The notes: generated by a model not told the origin, from the letters alone. A stretch of 27,916 bases of DNA from Octopus sinensis (GCF_006345805.1 NW_021827575.1:1-27916), one strand, 5' to 3'; positions 1-11,255 are shown, numbered from the stretch's first letter. Translations and numbers: made by a program.

Positions 1-241
1 TGTGTGTGTGTTGTGTGTGTTTATGTATCTGTGATTGTCCCCCTAGCATTGCTTGACAACCGATGCTGGTGTGTTTACGTCCCCGTCACTTAGCGGTTCG
101 GCAAAAGAGACCGATAGAATAAGTAACGTGCTTACAAAGAATAAGTCCCCGGGTCGATTTGCTCGACTAATGGTGGTGCTCCAGCGTGGCCGCAGTCAAA
201 TGACTGAAACAAGTAAAAGAGTAAAAAAGTGTAAAAGAGTA
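1..241 (+). mobile_element. 3' half of a microsatellite-containing SINE (family D here), truncated by the window edge
   Basis: (TG)n followed by body CATTGCTTGACAACCGATGCTGGTG...GCAGTCAAATGACTGAAACAAG and a (TAAAAGAG)n tail. The same body occurs inverted at 25937-26110. Confidence 0.8.
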
Positions 242-280
242 TATATTAGTGGTATTTTTTATAAGATTAAAGTTTATATA

Positions 281-491
281 TTTCTTTACTACCCACAAGG
301 GGTTTAACACGGACAAACAAGCAGAAACATATGGATTAAGTCGATTACATCGACCCCAGTGCGTAAATGGTACCCCGAAAGGATGAAAGGCAAAGTCGGC
401 CTCGGCGGAATTTGAACTCAGAACGTTACGGCAGACGAAATACGGCTAAGCATTTCGCCCGGCGTGCTAAGGTTACTGCCAGCTCACCGCC
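281..491 (-). mobile_element. tRNA-derived SINE (family A here)
   Basis: Minus strand has a head GGCGGTGAGCTGGCAG (A-box-like) and GTTCAAATTCC (B-box-like). The body matches the copies at 6835, 10024, 14407 and 20520. Confidence 0.85.
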
Positions 492-510
492 TTATAAGCT
501 TAAAGCTTAT

Positions 511-1079
511 AGCGATCACCGTGCAAGTAACTAAGAAAATACTCTAATATTTGGGCAGGAGGCGCAATGGCCCAGTGGTTAGGGCAGCGGTCTCGCGGTC
601 ATAGGATCGCGGTTTCGATTCCCATCCGGGCGTTATGAGTGTTTATTGAGCGAAAACACCTAAATCTCCACGAGGCTCTGGCAGGCATGGTGGTGATCCC
701 TGCTGTACTCTTTCACCACAACTTTCTCTCACTCTTACTTCCCGTTTCTGTTGTACTGTAATTTCAAAGGCCGGCCTGTCACTCTCTGTGTCACGCTGAA
801 TATCCCCGAGAACTACGTTAAGGGTACACGTGTCTGTGGAGTGCTCAGCCACCTACACGTTAATTTCACGAGCAGGCTGTTCCGTTGATTCGGATCAATC
901 GGAACCCTCGTCGTCGTAACCAACGGAGTGCTTCCAAAAAAAATAATATTTGGGCATACAAGCCCTCGATGGAAGTGTAGGCTTTCCCGTACGTGTGGGA
1001 AAGGCTACTATTTTTCTGTCAAGCGCGCATATGCCCTACTATTAGTCTATTCTCCATAGTAATTTGCACGGTGATCGCT
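511..1079. mobile_element. MITE-like element with ~23-bp TIRs, interrupted by a SINE
   Basis: AGCGATCACCGTGCAAGTAACTA (511-533) versus the reverse complement of 1057-1079, AGCGATCACCGTGCAAATTACTA (2 mismatches). About 170 bp remains once the nested SINE and one TSD copy are removed. TSD is unclear (TAT/TTA). Confidence 0.65.
558..943 (+). mobile_element. Full-length tRNA-derived SINE (family B here) with 13-bp TSD
   Basis: tRNA-like head GGCGCAATGGCCCAGTGGTTAGG...GGTTTCGATTCCC and a short A tail. Flanked by the perfect direct repeat TAATATTTGGGCA at 545-557 and 944-956. Confidence 0.9.
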
Positions 1080-1161
1080 TTACGCTTATAGAAAAATACG
1101 ATTATTATTATTATCTACAGTATTGTAAAACTCGACACCTCTTATCAAAACAATTCCCACC

Positions 1162-1162
<1 letters not shown>

Positions 1163-1196
<34 letters not shown>

Positions 1197-1540
1197 TAAT
1201 AATAATAATAATAATAAAGTAATAATAATAATAGGTAATAATAATGATAATAATAATAATGATAATAATGACAATATTATATATATATATAAATTTGAAT
1301 AGCTGACACCGTAGTACACCTCCAGCGTTAGGTGTGCAAAGGCAATAATAATAATAATAATAGTAATAATAATAATAATAATAAATAATAATAATAATAA
1401 TAATAATAAATAATAATAATAATAAATATAATTATAATAATAGTAGTACTAGTAGTAGTAATAATAATAACAACGACGACGACGACAAGAAGAAGAAGAA
1501 AAAGACGAAGAAGAAGAACAACTACAACAACAACGACGAC
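1163..1540. repeat. (AAT)n / (AAC,GAC,GAA)n compound trinucleotide microsatellites
   Basis: Visible directly. These explain the poly-L/Y/I/V ORFs at 1086-1609. Confidence 0.95.
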
Positions 1541-2875
1541 AAAAGCGATTTCTACCGGACTCGATAGTTTAAAGCAGAACTGTGTATGACCTAAAGCAGA
1601 AGGGCCCATTCACGTGTGTCGTGTCCAGTAAATATTGTCCGATTGCGTGATAATCCATGGCGTGGAAGCTGTATCGGGTAAACGAGTACAAAATGAAGGC
1701 GAATAAAGAAGAAAAGTTCACCAACTGGAAACAGAAACTGCCAAACCGAGAAATTTTTCTTAGAAATGGAGAGCACCAGGTTTTTTTTTAACTCACGCCA
1801 GAAATATAAGCGAAGAGTCACGTATGACAATGAGTATTTTTTTTTAATTATGTATATTGTGCAACTGAGGGCCCTGTGTTTGGAAATATGGCAGCAAGGT
1901 AACCTTTGACATGTCTGCCTTCTTAAGCTGCAATCGAAGGAAACTACGAGAAAAATCAATGAGAACAACAAAGTTAAAAAGAGCTGCAACAACATCACCA
2001 GCAACAACAACAACATAAATATAAATAAATAAATAATTGTTGTGCCAATAACAATGACAGCATTTATGAGATGGATGTAATGCCAGCTTCTCCATCTGAT
2101 ATTGTCATTCGGATTTGGCGTTAAGAAAACGTTTCTTCGCATCGGTTGGAATATATTTATCGATTGTATTAATGGATATAGAAGTCGAATCACGAAGTAC
2201 ATAATTTACTGTCGTTTATAAACAGCGATCAAATATGCGACTCCATGATTGTTAAACGCCATTGTTACCGTATTCGTTTCAACGATTAACAAAAGTCTCG
2301 AAGTGTGTGACCTTTCTGTTAGAATAACAGGTCAGAGGATTTCAATGGGACAATTCTTATCGATTATGAAAAGAGCAATCGGCAACTAATAACAAGATAT
2401 GTAAGATTCGTCACAGCATCTTCATTTCAGGAGAAACAGTGGCCGAAACCGCTTTGTAGTTGGTCACACAACAATACCTTAATTTGATTTACACCTTAAA
2501 TAGCAGTTTACACATAGAATTATCAGCAACGTAATGCATATACGTTATCGATTCCAACACAATAAATTCCATAATCTAAATAACCAAGATGCGGTGAGGG
2601 TTGTAGTGATACAAAGGTGACTTCTTAAATTGTGTTACAAATTGGATTCTACTACACCGAAATTTCGGTGTGCGTAACTTTGTCCAACATCTGGGGTCAC
2701 TAATGCCCTGTCAATGATAATTGACAGAAGGTGATAGAAACCCATGGAAGCTTGTCGTATATCTATATGCACACATGAATTATCACATAAGTTTGTATGT
2801 GTATGAATATATATTATATATAGTGTGGTGTGGTGTGTGTGTGCGTGCCTGGTGTGTGTACCTGTGGCGAATATA

Positions 2876-2925
<50 letters not shown>

Positions 2926-2928
<3 letters not shown>

Positions 2929-3468
2929 GGTGTCGCAAAATAATGTATACACACCTGAGCAGCTGATAACTCAACTGATGTGTTTTCTTGCCGGATTAAA
3001 CCCAGTGGAGTAAATGATGGCAGAGTGACTAAGCTTTGACCAAAGGAAATTCATTCTAAAATGTTACCGAATGTGTGAAAACGCAGTTAAAGAACAAAGA
3101 GAGTTTAGGAAGGAGTTTCAAACTGATCCTTCTAAACAGGTGGATTTGATATGGGGGGTTCGTTTAAGACCCTCTACATTCACCAGAACTCACACCACTA
3201 GACTTTTTATGGGGATACCTAAAAGACAAAGTCTACGCTATGAAGCCTGCAACAGTCGCTGATTTGAGAGCAGCCATTGAATGAGAATGCACACAAATAA
3301 CAAACGAATTCTTTAGTGACATTTCCAATTCCGTTGGTTCGCGTTGTCAGCAGTGCCTAGACGAAAAAATGTCAGTAGATTCTATTAAATTTTGAAAACG
3401 AAATGTATTTTACTAAACACCTGCTTTACAATTGTCTAAAATGTGTATACACTTTTTGGGCCACCCTG
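2926..3468 (+). mobile_element. Internally deleted, non-autonomous Tc1/mariner element (DD37D/maT-like)
   Basis: TIRs CAGGGTG(TCG/GCC)CAAAA..TGTATACACA at both ends with TA on each side (2924-2925, 3469-3470). N-terminal HTH remnant MAE*LSFDQRKFILKCY..ENAVKEQREFRKEF starts at 3017. It is joined at ~3130 to a C-terminal remnant WI*YGGFV*DPLHSPELTPLDFLWGYLKDKVY...CQQCLD (consensus WPPRSPDLTPLDFFLWGYLKDKVY). Confidence 0.88.
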
Positions 3469-3524
3469 TATAAATGTATGTATGTACGTATGTATGTACG
3501 TATGTATGTACGTATGTATGTACG

Positions 3525-3944
3525 TTACACTTCCAGAAGGGAAGGGTCTTCCTTTGATTCTGACATGCAACGTCTGTGCAAGATCCTGCCTCAGTAAAGC
3601 TGGACTCATGAGTCATCTTCGTAGTCACAAAACGAGACGGATGAGTGACAACCTGCCCACTGGTGGTGGTGTAACACACCTTACTAATCATATATGTCGG
3701 GCATGTGAAAAAGAGTGTAATTCGGCAAGAGGACTTAAACGACATGCAAAGGTACATGAAGCCCAGTTACAACTACAGCCGGCTATTACCGGTAAAGTTT
3801 TTAGTTGCCAATTCTGAACAAGACATTGTAGGTCTTTAGCTGGGCTAAAAAGCCACATTCGATCACAGCACCAGTAACAGTTAAGCTTCGTGCATTGGTC
3901 ATACTCGATAACGAGGTGGCAGCCATAATAATGTATGTATGTAT
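3525..3944 (+). mobile_element. 5'-truncated LINE 3' end encoding three C2H2 zinc fingers (RTE-clade-like)
   Basis: Fingers CNVCARSCLSKAGLMSHLRSH, CRACEKECNSARGLKRHAKVH and CQF*TRHCRSLAGLKSHIRSQH (third has TGA at the Cys position, 3815-3817). Stop TAA 3875-3877, short 3' UTR, (ATGT)n tail 3931-3944, and (ATGT)n-type repeat on the 5' side (3475-3524). The CxxC..SxxGLxxHxRxH spacing is typical of RTE C-termini. Confidence 0.7.
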
Positions 3945-5459
3945 CTTTCACTTCTGCTTTTTTGAGATATTACTGACAAACCTTCCCTAGGGTCGTACAG
4001 CATTCTCTGATTTCATGGTTTGTTTTGGAATTGGGTAAAAGTATTTCAGATACCGAACAATTTCTGAAGTTATATACTGCCTCGAATAAATTGACCGCGG
4101 TGCACAAGAATACTGTGGAGGCCCTGAGTAGGACATGTAGCAATTGTGTGAGAGTAGAATGAGGAATACCGGTTTTTGTCATGTGTCTTTCGTCATATTA
4201 TACCTGTGATGATACAACAGCGTAAGAAATTTCATCGATAACCAGCAAAGTTATAACTTTACAATTATCTTATAACATAAAGGGAAATCTTCAGCTCAGT
4301 TGGAGATTCAAATTTAGAGGACATTGTGGACAATTTCATTGTGGTAGAATTTCTCGCAAGGTGGTGAAAGAAGATTCTTTGAGATGGTAATGGTGCCATT
4401 GCACCCGGTTCTATAAGCATAATTGTTTAGAGCAGAGAAACTCACTTTGAAGTCGTCCTCCAACCAGAAACAATATTTAATTAGTTACAAATGATTGTTT
4501 AAGAAATGTCTTGATTAACGGCATCAAGTGTAATGTAGGGACCTGCATTTCAAAGAATAAACCCAAAGTTTCCTCGTAAAATACTTACTAAAAGAGATTG
4601 AGGTATAATTTTCTCTCCAACCTCGTAGAATCCTCAGCAACAAAGAATACCCGTACAAACCCACGAGTGGGAGGTTTTTCACCTGAATGGTGTAGGGGCG
4701 TGACCCACCGGGAATTCCAGGGAATCACCAACAAATGGTGGATTCAGTGACGTACTGTTATAGTGCATACCCCTGTTGTACTACTACTACCACTACTACT
4801 ACTATGAGGTACCACCACTACTACAACAACGGACGAAATGTCTTTAAATATTTGATACACATACACGCAGCATAATCTATTGGTGGCTTCACAATCACTT
4901 TCCAGAAATATTAGTGGCTACAAATTAAATTATCCTGCTGTAAATATGAAGGAAATAGTTCAGTAGGCTGCAGAACTTGAAAAGTCATTGGAGCCGACAG
5001 CTAAAATGGATTTATCGGACTGCAGCTAAAGACGAGAAACCCTATATTGTTGCTACGTAATTTAGATCGCCATAGCTAGGAGATAGACATGTCCTTTTCC
5101 CGATTTATGAGATAACGGTTTCCATAGAACCTAACCCTTGCCATATTAAAGAAATACTCATACTGACACGTTCTGGACTCCATCCGAAGGAACACTCCCT
5201 TGCTAAAGGGCAATTTTATTTAGGATACTCAAGAGCTGAAAAAACTCCATAATGCCCCTCTTAGGTAAGATGAAGCATGGCATGTCCTGTGGAAATCACA
5301 TGATGACATCCAGGATCCCCAATTTTAAGATACAAATCTAACATCATATATACCTAAGACATATAGTATATCCTTTCTCATTATTATATATATCCTTTCT
5401 CATTATTACTGCATGTACCAGGCCTTGCTCCTTTAGTAGAGAGGATTATCATTGCAGTT

Positions 5460-6125
5460 ATGAAGGCGGTGAGTTGGCAGAATCATAACCGCATCAGAGA
5501 AAATGTTTAGAAGCATTTCTTTTGTTTTTATGCTCTGAGTTAAAATCCCGCCCGGATCAATGTTGCCTTTTACCATTTGGACGTCAATAAAATAAGTACC
5601 GGCTGAGTAATGTGGGCGAAGTAATGAACTTGCACCATCTCCCCAAAACTGCAGGCCTCGTGTCACAATTTGAAGCCATTATTACTGCATGTCTCAGCCA
5701 GCGAACCGACTGAACATTTGTCACGGTGGAAACAATGTTTCGTAGGATTTCGTCGGTTTTTCATTTCTGAGTTCAAATCTCGCTGAGTTCGACTTCTACT
5801 TTTATCCTTTCAGGATTAAGGAAAATAAATACCAGTTGAATTCTGGGGTAAATATATTCGATTTACCCGCTTCCGTCAGATTTCAAGTCTTCTGCTTTTT
5901 AAGAGAAAGGATTATACTGCATGCTTTCATTCAGTGAGCAGGAAGAATTTTCAGAATGCCGAAGAAAACTTTAGCGGCGTTTCATCCGTCTTTATGCTCT
6001 GAGTTCATATTTTGCCCTTTAGGTCGACAAAATAATTACCGGTTGAGCCCAGGGGTTCGTTGCACTCGACTAACCTCTTCCACAACCATTCAGGCCTTGT
6101 GCCTCTCGTAGAAGGAATTATTATT
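5460..6125 (+). mobile_element. Cluster of three old, diverged family A-related SINE copies (~5460-5680, 5695-5865, 5940-6125)
   Basis: Degenerate GGCGGTGAGTTGGCAGAATC heads and CTGAGTTCAAAT B-box remnants. A 16-bp direct repeat CATTATTACTGCATGT lies at 5401-5416 and 5677-5692. Confidence 0.6.
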
Positions 6126-6143
6126 AGATATGTTAAAACAGCC

Positions 6144-7928
6144 ATAACTTTTATAGGGGTCGGTGTAGAAATCTATAGAGCGGCTCGTAAATGTATGCAA
6201 GTTTCAATAGGCAGGTCAGACACCTTGTATCCATAGCCATTCCATTTACGTGCCGATATATTAAAACAGCAAGCTGTTACTGTCTCTAGGGTGAAGGAGA
6301 ATCTCCTTGGCGAAATTTCATGCGACTCTTTACTTTCTGAATTGAAATAAAGTCCGGGCCAACCTCGCCTTTCCTACTTTCGGGATCAATGACATACGAT
6401 ACCAGTAAAATACTTGCGATCGATGTAATCAATTTGATTGCTGCCTTAAAATTGCTCACCTTGAACCAATATTGTAACCAATATTTTTGCAAATATTAAG
6501 TGCTTGAAATTCCTCCGAACCCTGGTTTCCACACGTTATAGGAATGAATATATTATTATGGACACTTTACTTCCTATCAAGGTACATCTTAATCTGAGGT
6601 ATCGAACGGAATTATGCATGCATTGAGAACAATTTTTTAGATTTTGTAGTTTTTATTTCTACCCGAGTATCGCCGGTTATTTAGCTGGATTGGATTGTTG
6701 AAATATTGTTTTCAAGCACTGCTGACCGTCCATCTTATGCAAAGATTCATTTCTGTGTTGCCCCCACGTCCATTGAACAAGATTTCCACACCTAGGAAGA
6801 CAAGAGAACGCATTATGGATAATGTGTATCTCTCTATTTCGTCTGCCGTTACGCTCCGAGGTCGACTTTGCCTTTCCTTCTTTCGGGGTCGATAAATAAA
6901 GTGCCAGTTACGCACAGGGGTCGATGTAATCGACTTAATCCGTTTGTCTGTCCTTGTTTGTCCCTTCTATGTTAGCCCCTTGTGGGTAATAAAGAAACAG
7001 ATAGTGTGTATCCGTCGAATTTTTAGATTATGTCATTAATGAAAATTCGCTGATGATCGAAGTAGTTCGATCTCTCTTTTCTTTAAGACTAATTAGATTA
7101 TCAATAATGGTCATTGGTGCTGAATAATATTTCCATCAGAGAAGATATAGAAACACCAGATTCTTTGTTCTTTGGGGTATCAGTCTTCCTATCAACTCAG
7201 CTTACTATCCAGGAAGTTCCGATTGAAATACGTAATTCTTTATTTCCTCGTTTTCAACGTTTCTGATATTTGCCCGTAAAAAAAAGAAAGAAAGTCAGAG
7301 GTACTTCTGCGCAATGTAATCTCCATAAGGAAAACAATGCATAAATCATTACCAAAACCATGGAAGGGTTTCGTATTACATGACCATTGTAATTGAATTG
7401 TGTTTCCGCCTAAAAATGAAAGGGCCGCTGCATTATAAACCTCACCGATACGGACAATTTAGTTAACTAGCAAATCCTTTACTATAAACATTAAAACTAC
7501 TTAAGTCGTGAACCCGAAATGCATAAAACAAAAACAAAATGAGATTTTCCAATACACTTGCGAACTGCAAGTTTCATCTACGAAATTTCATTCATGAAGT
7601 ACTTTATAGGAAACAATAAATATCGGCTACATTGTAAGAAATCGTTTGGATTCCGTGTTCAACCATTATCATACCAAATTACATTCCTTCTTTCTTTTTC
7701 TTAAGTCAAGAGGTCTTAATTATATTTACCTCAATATCCACCAACTGTAGCAATAAATCTTCTGGATTAATATAGTACATCAAGCGTGCTATATCTTCCC
7801 GATAATACATATAACGGCACGTAAATGGGAATGGCTATGGATACAAGGCGTCTGGCCTGCCTAGTGAACCTTGCATATATTTACGAGCCGCTCTATAGAT
7901 TTCTACACGGACCCCCTATAAAGGTTAT
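6144..7928. repeat. Long-range inverted repeat: arms 6144-6255 and 7815-7928
   Basis: Arms align as reverse complements over ~113 nt with about 9 differences by manual count. The ~1.56 kb spacer has no transposase-like ORF. Confidence 0.9.
6835..7000 (+). mobile_element. Family A SINE, 5'-truncated and internally deleted
   Basis: CCGAGGTCGACTTTGCCTTT...GGGGTCGATGTAATCGACTTAATCCGTTTGTCTGTCCTTG...TAAAGAAA matches the other family A copies. Confidence 0.85.
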
Positions 7929-8129
7929 AGCGGTTCCCTTTGAAGTGATATATAGTGAATGACAAAAACTCGCAAACACTTACAGGGAAAGATTACAAAT
8001 ATTATTACGCTGGGTCTGCATTTACAATTCTTGCAGATAAATTCAATTGCATCAATTTTATACTAATATTTTACCGTTAATCTAAATATATATCGAATTG
8101 CTCAGGTTACGATATATCGATCTATATCG

Positions 8130-8197
8130 ATAACTATCTATCTATCGATCTATCTATCTACTCATTTCTGTGATATATACAGTATACACACACACAC

Positions 8198-8250
<53 letters not shown>

Positions 8251-8487
8251 GTATACGTATATATATAATATATATAATATATATATATATATCTATATAC
8301 ATATACACCCACTTATCTGAGTATATATATATGTATATATATATACACATACATGCCTACATATATATATATACATATATACTCTTTTACTCTTTTACTC
8401 TTTTATATATATATATATGTAATATATATATATATATATATATTTATGTATGTATATATATATATACATATTATATATATATTTATG

Positions 8488-8534
<47 letters not shown>

Positions 8535-8535
8535 A
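8130..8535. repeat. (TATC)n/(CA)n/(TA)n compound microsatellite
   Basis: Visible directly. It explains the YIYI-type ORFs. Confidence 0.95.
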
Positions 8536-8624
8536 GATGAGAATTCACAGACAAACTAAAGAGGAAGCCGGGTGTGTAAACCACCAATAGATGTATTAGT
8601 TTAACGCTCGAGAATTGAGAAAGT

Positions 8625-8661
8625 ATTTTACGTTTCGAGCCTACGCTTTTCGATAGAAAGG
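8625..8661 (-). ncRNA. Degenerate minimal type I hammerhead-like motif (PLE terminal-repeat remnant), probably inactive
   Basis: Minus strand reads TTT-CTATCGA-A-AAGC-GTAG-GCTC-GAAAC-GTA-AAA. GAAAC, palindromic ACGT stem III, GUA triplet and a short stem II are present. The core differs from CUGANGA at two positions. Confidence 0.45.
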
Positions 8662-8822
8662 AACACAGAAAATAAACAGGGAGAGAAAATAGAAAATGTA
8701 TATATTGTTGGTTTTTATTTCTGAAAGGCCATTTATCTTTTACCAAATGCACACACGCACGACATATTTTTTTTCACTTGTTTTTAATTGCTAATATATT
8801 TTTTAAAAATTTAATCATGTCT

Positions 8823-8870
8823 ATGCTCCGAAGATCTTTCGTCACATATCTGTGACATCCTCAGTAGCAT
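8823..8870 (-). ncRNA. Type I hammerhead ribozyme motif
   Basis: Minus strand reads ATGCTA-CTGAGGA-T-GTCACA-GATA-TGTGAC-GAAA-GATCT-TC-GGAGCAT. It has an intact core, a perfect 6-bp stem II, palindromic AGATCT stem III and a UH cleavage site. Stem I ATGCT/AGCAT has a defect next to the core. Confidence 0.7.
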
Positions 8871-9201
8871 TTTTTTTGTCTATGTTCCACTTACTCCGTT
8901 CTGTTCATGATAGACAATAAAACAAGAACAGTAATAAACGAGTCAAGAATAAATATACCGTGCGTGTGTTTATTTGGGGGAAAAAAAGTGACTATCCGAA
9001 ATACAATATATATGGTGCTCTACTTAGGAGACCGTCAAATTATCAACCCAATCAACTGTTCCGTTTTAGCGACTCATTTGCTGTCTCTCCTAATCTCTGT
9101 CCCACTCTCTCCCTCTTACTCCTCTCCCTCCATCTTCTCCTAATCCTCCATCCTTTCTCTCTCTTTGTCTCCCTTTTTAATGAGGTGTCATATATACCAT
9201 A

Positions 9202-9525
9202 GAAGGCGCGTGTCATAGCGGTTAGGGCGTTCGGCTCACGATCGAATGGCCGTGTGTTCAATTCACGGCGAGGCGTTGTGTCCTTGAGCAAGACGTTTTA
9301 TTTCACGTTGCTCCAGTCCACTCACGTGACAAAAATGAGTAGTACTTGCATTTCAAAGGGGCCAGCCTTGTCAGACTCCCTGCCACATTGAATCTCCCTG
9401 CGAACTACGTTAAGAGTATAAGTGACTGTGGAGTGTTCTGCCACTTGCACTTTCATTTCACGAGCAAGCTGTTCCGATGATCGTATCAGCTGGGACCCTC
9501 GTCGTCGTAACCGACGGAGTGCTCC
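9202..9525 (+). mobile_element. tRNA-derived SINE (family C here), sharing its 3' half with family B
   Basis: tRNA-like head and a central TGTGTCCTTGAGCAAGAC motif. The 3' half (ATTTCAAAGGGCCAGCCTTGTC...CCCTCGTCGTCGTAACCGACGGAGTGCT) aligns to 761-932. Confidence 0.8.
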
Positions 9526-10023
9526 ATATATTCAATGACTACTGGAGGGAAAGTAACACGTCACAGTGAAACTAACTTTGAAATCAGCTTCTCAGAAAAA
9601 AGTAACCTTTCTCTAAGGACTGGTTTATTCCTGCATAAATCCTTATCATATCAGTACAAATATCAACCAATCTGAACAGACGAGGCAAGAATATGGATTT
9701 TCTATCTTGGGAATGGGACAGCAAACTGTGAGAGCGTGATATGCTTCATTATATTAATACAATTACAACGGAAATTTCATAACGGAATGATGCAGTGTTT
9801 TCGGTAACTTTCTATGAATTATACGAGAAGAGATGAACAATGAAAAGAAAATCATTTCTCTTAGTTATTTATCTTTTTTGCTTCATCAGATTTTAACAGA
9901 ATTTTCGTTTAGTGATAGAGTGCCTATGTGTGTGATTCAGTGAATCATGTATTGTGAGACGTTGGTAGGGTTTCGCTGCCACCAGACCCCATTGTTTTAG
10001 AAAGGGTTTACTATTCTACTATA

Positions 10024-10410
10024 CCTATTTCTTTACTACCCACGAGGGGCTAACCACAGAGAGGACAAACAAGGACAGACAAACGGATTAAGTCGATTAT
10101 ATCAACCCCAGTGTGTAACTGGTACTTATTTAATCGACCCCGAAAGGATGAAATGCAAAGTCGACTTCGGTGGAATTTGAACTCAGAACGTAGCAGCAGG
10201 CGAAATACCTATTTCTTTACTACCCACAAGGGCCTAAACACAGAGGGGACAAACAAGGACAGACGAACAAATTAACTCGATTACATCGACCCCAGTGCGT
10301 AACTGGTACTTATTTAATCGACCCCGAAAGGTTGAAAGGCAAAGTCGACCTCGGTGGAATTTGATCTCAGAACGTAGCGTCCGCTGAGCATTTCGCCCGG
10401 CGCTCTAACG
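10024..10410 (-). mobile_element. Two tandem family A SINE copies (junction ~10209)
   Basis: CCTATTTCTTTACTACCCAC...GAACTCAGAACGTA occurs twice in direct orientation. Confidence 0.85.
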
Positions 10411-10954
10411 TAAATCGAGCACTGTGTGGAATGTTAGCTGTCGGTAGTGTTTCGCTGCCACCAGAGCCCATTGTTTTCACAAGGGGTTAGTATTCCACTA
10501 TACCATATCAATCCTTAAGCAGTCAGCTCAGAGCAGCCGATTAAATCGAGCCCTGTAATTGACAGGTACTTTATTTTATCGATCCGAGAATGATGAAACA
10601 CTCGCGTCTTCATGGTAGCGTTTAACATAACGAAAGTTGAATAAACAAGGCAAGACATTTTTCCGATTCAGTAACGATCCGGCAAATCTATTCACTTGTC
10701 GTTTTACTGTGTTTCTCTTTTATTTATTCTATAGATTTCTGATATTTACGCAACGAAACACGTTGTTTTCAAAATGGTTTAGTCAATGATATTGACCTCT
10801 GTATAAGAATGGTACGCTATTTTCTCGAAATCTGAAAGACAAAATATAAATGTTGCCCCTGGCCGAATTTCAATGTATAGAGAACATCGTGAGTTAAATA
10901 GTTCACCGTTAAAGCGAGTTAGGTATTTACAAATGTAATAATAATTATTATTAT

Positions 10955-11255
10955 TACAAGCAGTATTGCCCGGCGTTGCTCGGGTTTGTTTCGACCCTGT
11001 AGAATTGAAATTTTTGAAAAGTAAGAATTGTGCATTATGTAGCTTGTTATTCTCTTTACGTGAACATTTTTTCTGGTTGAAATACACCGAAAAATGGGGA
11101 CACAGCTGTAAAGAAATCGTAGAAAATAGGGATTTTCATAGAAAAAAGCACCTTTTTTATGTAAATAATTTCTGGTGTTAACATGGTCCGATTTGAATTT
11201 TTCTTCTACGGAAGGAAGAGCAAGCCTTCTTCTATTAAAATCTCAATTTTGGTCA
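10955..11255 (+). mobile_element. Non-autonomous rolling-circle-like element (Helitron/DINE-type)
   Basis: 5' terminus AGCAGTATTGCCCGGCGTTGCTCGGGTTTGT is shared with the copies at 14210, 17987 and 22944 and contains a CCCG/CGGG subterminal hairpin. The classification is by resemblance only. Confidence 0.5.

Noticed and set aside
1591-2202. 203-aa minus-strand ORF with a hydrophobic middle
   Set aside because: The hydrophobic part is the reverse of an (AAC)/(AAAT) low-complexity run. No recognisable domain or splice structure.
2420-2465. GGCCGAAACC hammerhead-like 3' half
   Set aside because: No upstream CUGANGA core or matching stem II arm.
2654-2671. Perfect 18-bp palindrome ACACCGAAATTTCGGTGT
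   Set aside because: A single occurrence with no associated element; not improbable in 28 kb.
3970-4182. 70-aa minus-strand ORF in unique sequence
   Set aside because: No motif, no in-frame acceptor, and the length is within chance.
7050-7072. CTGATGA followed by a hairpin
   Set aside because: No GAAA box or stems I/III. It is just a 7-bp hairpin.
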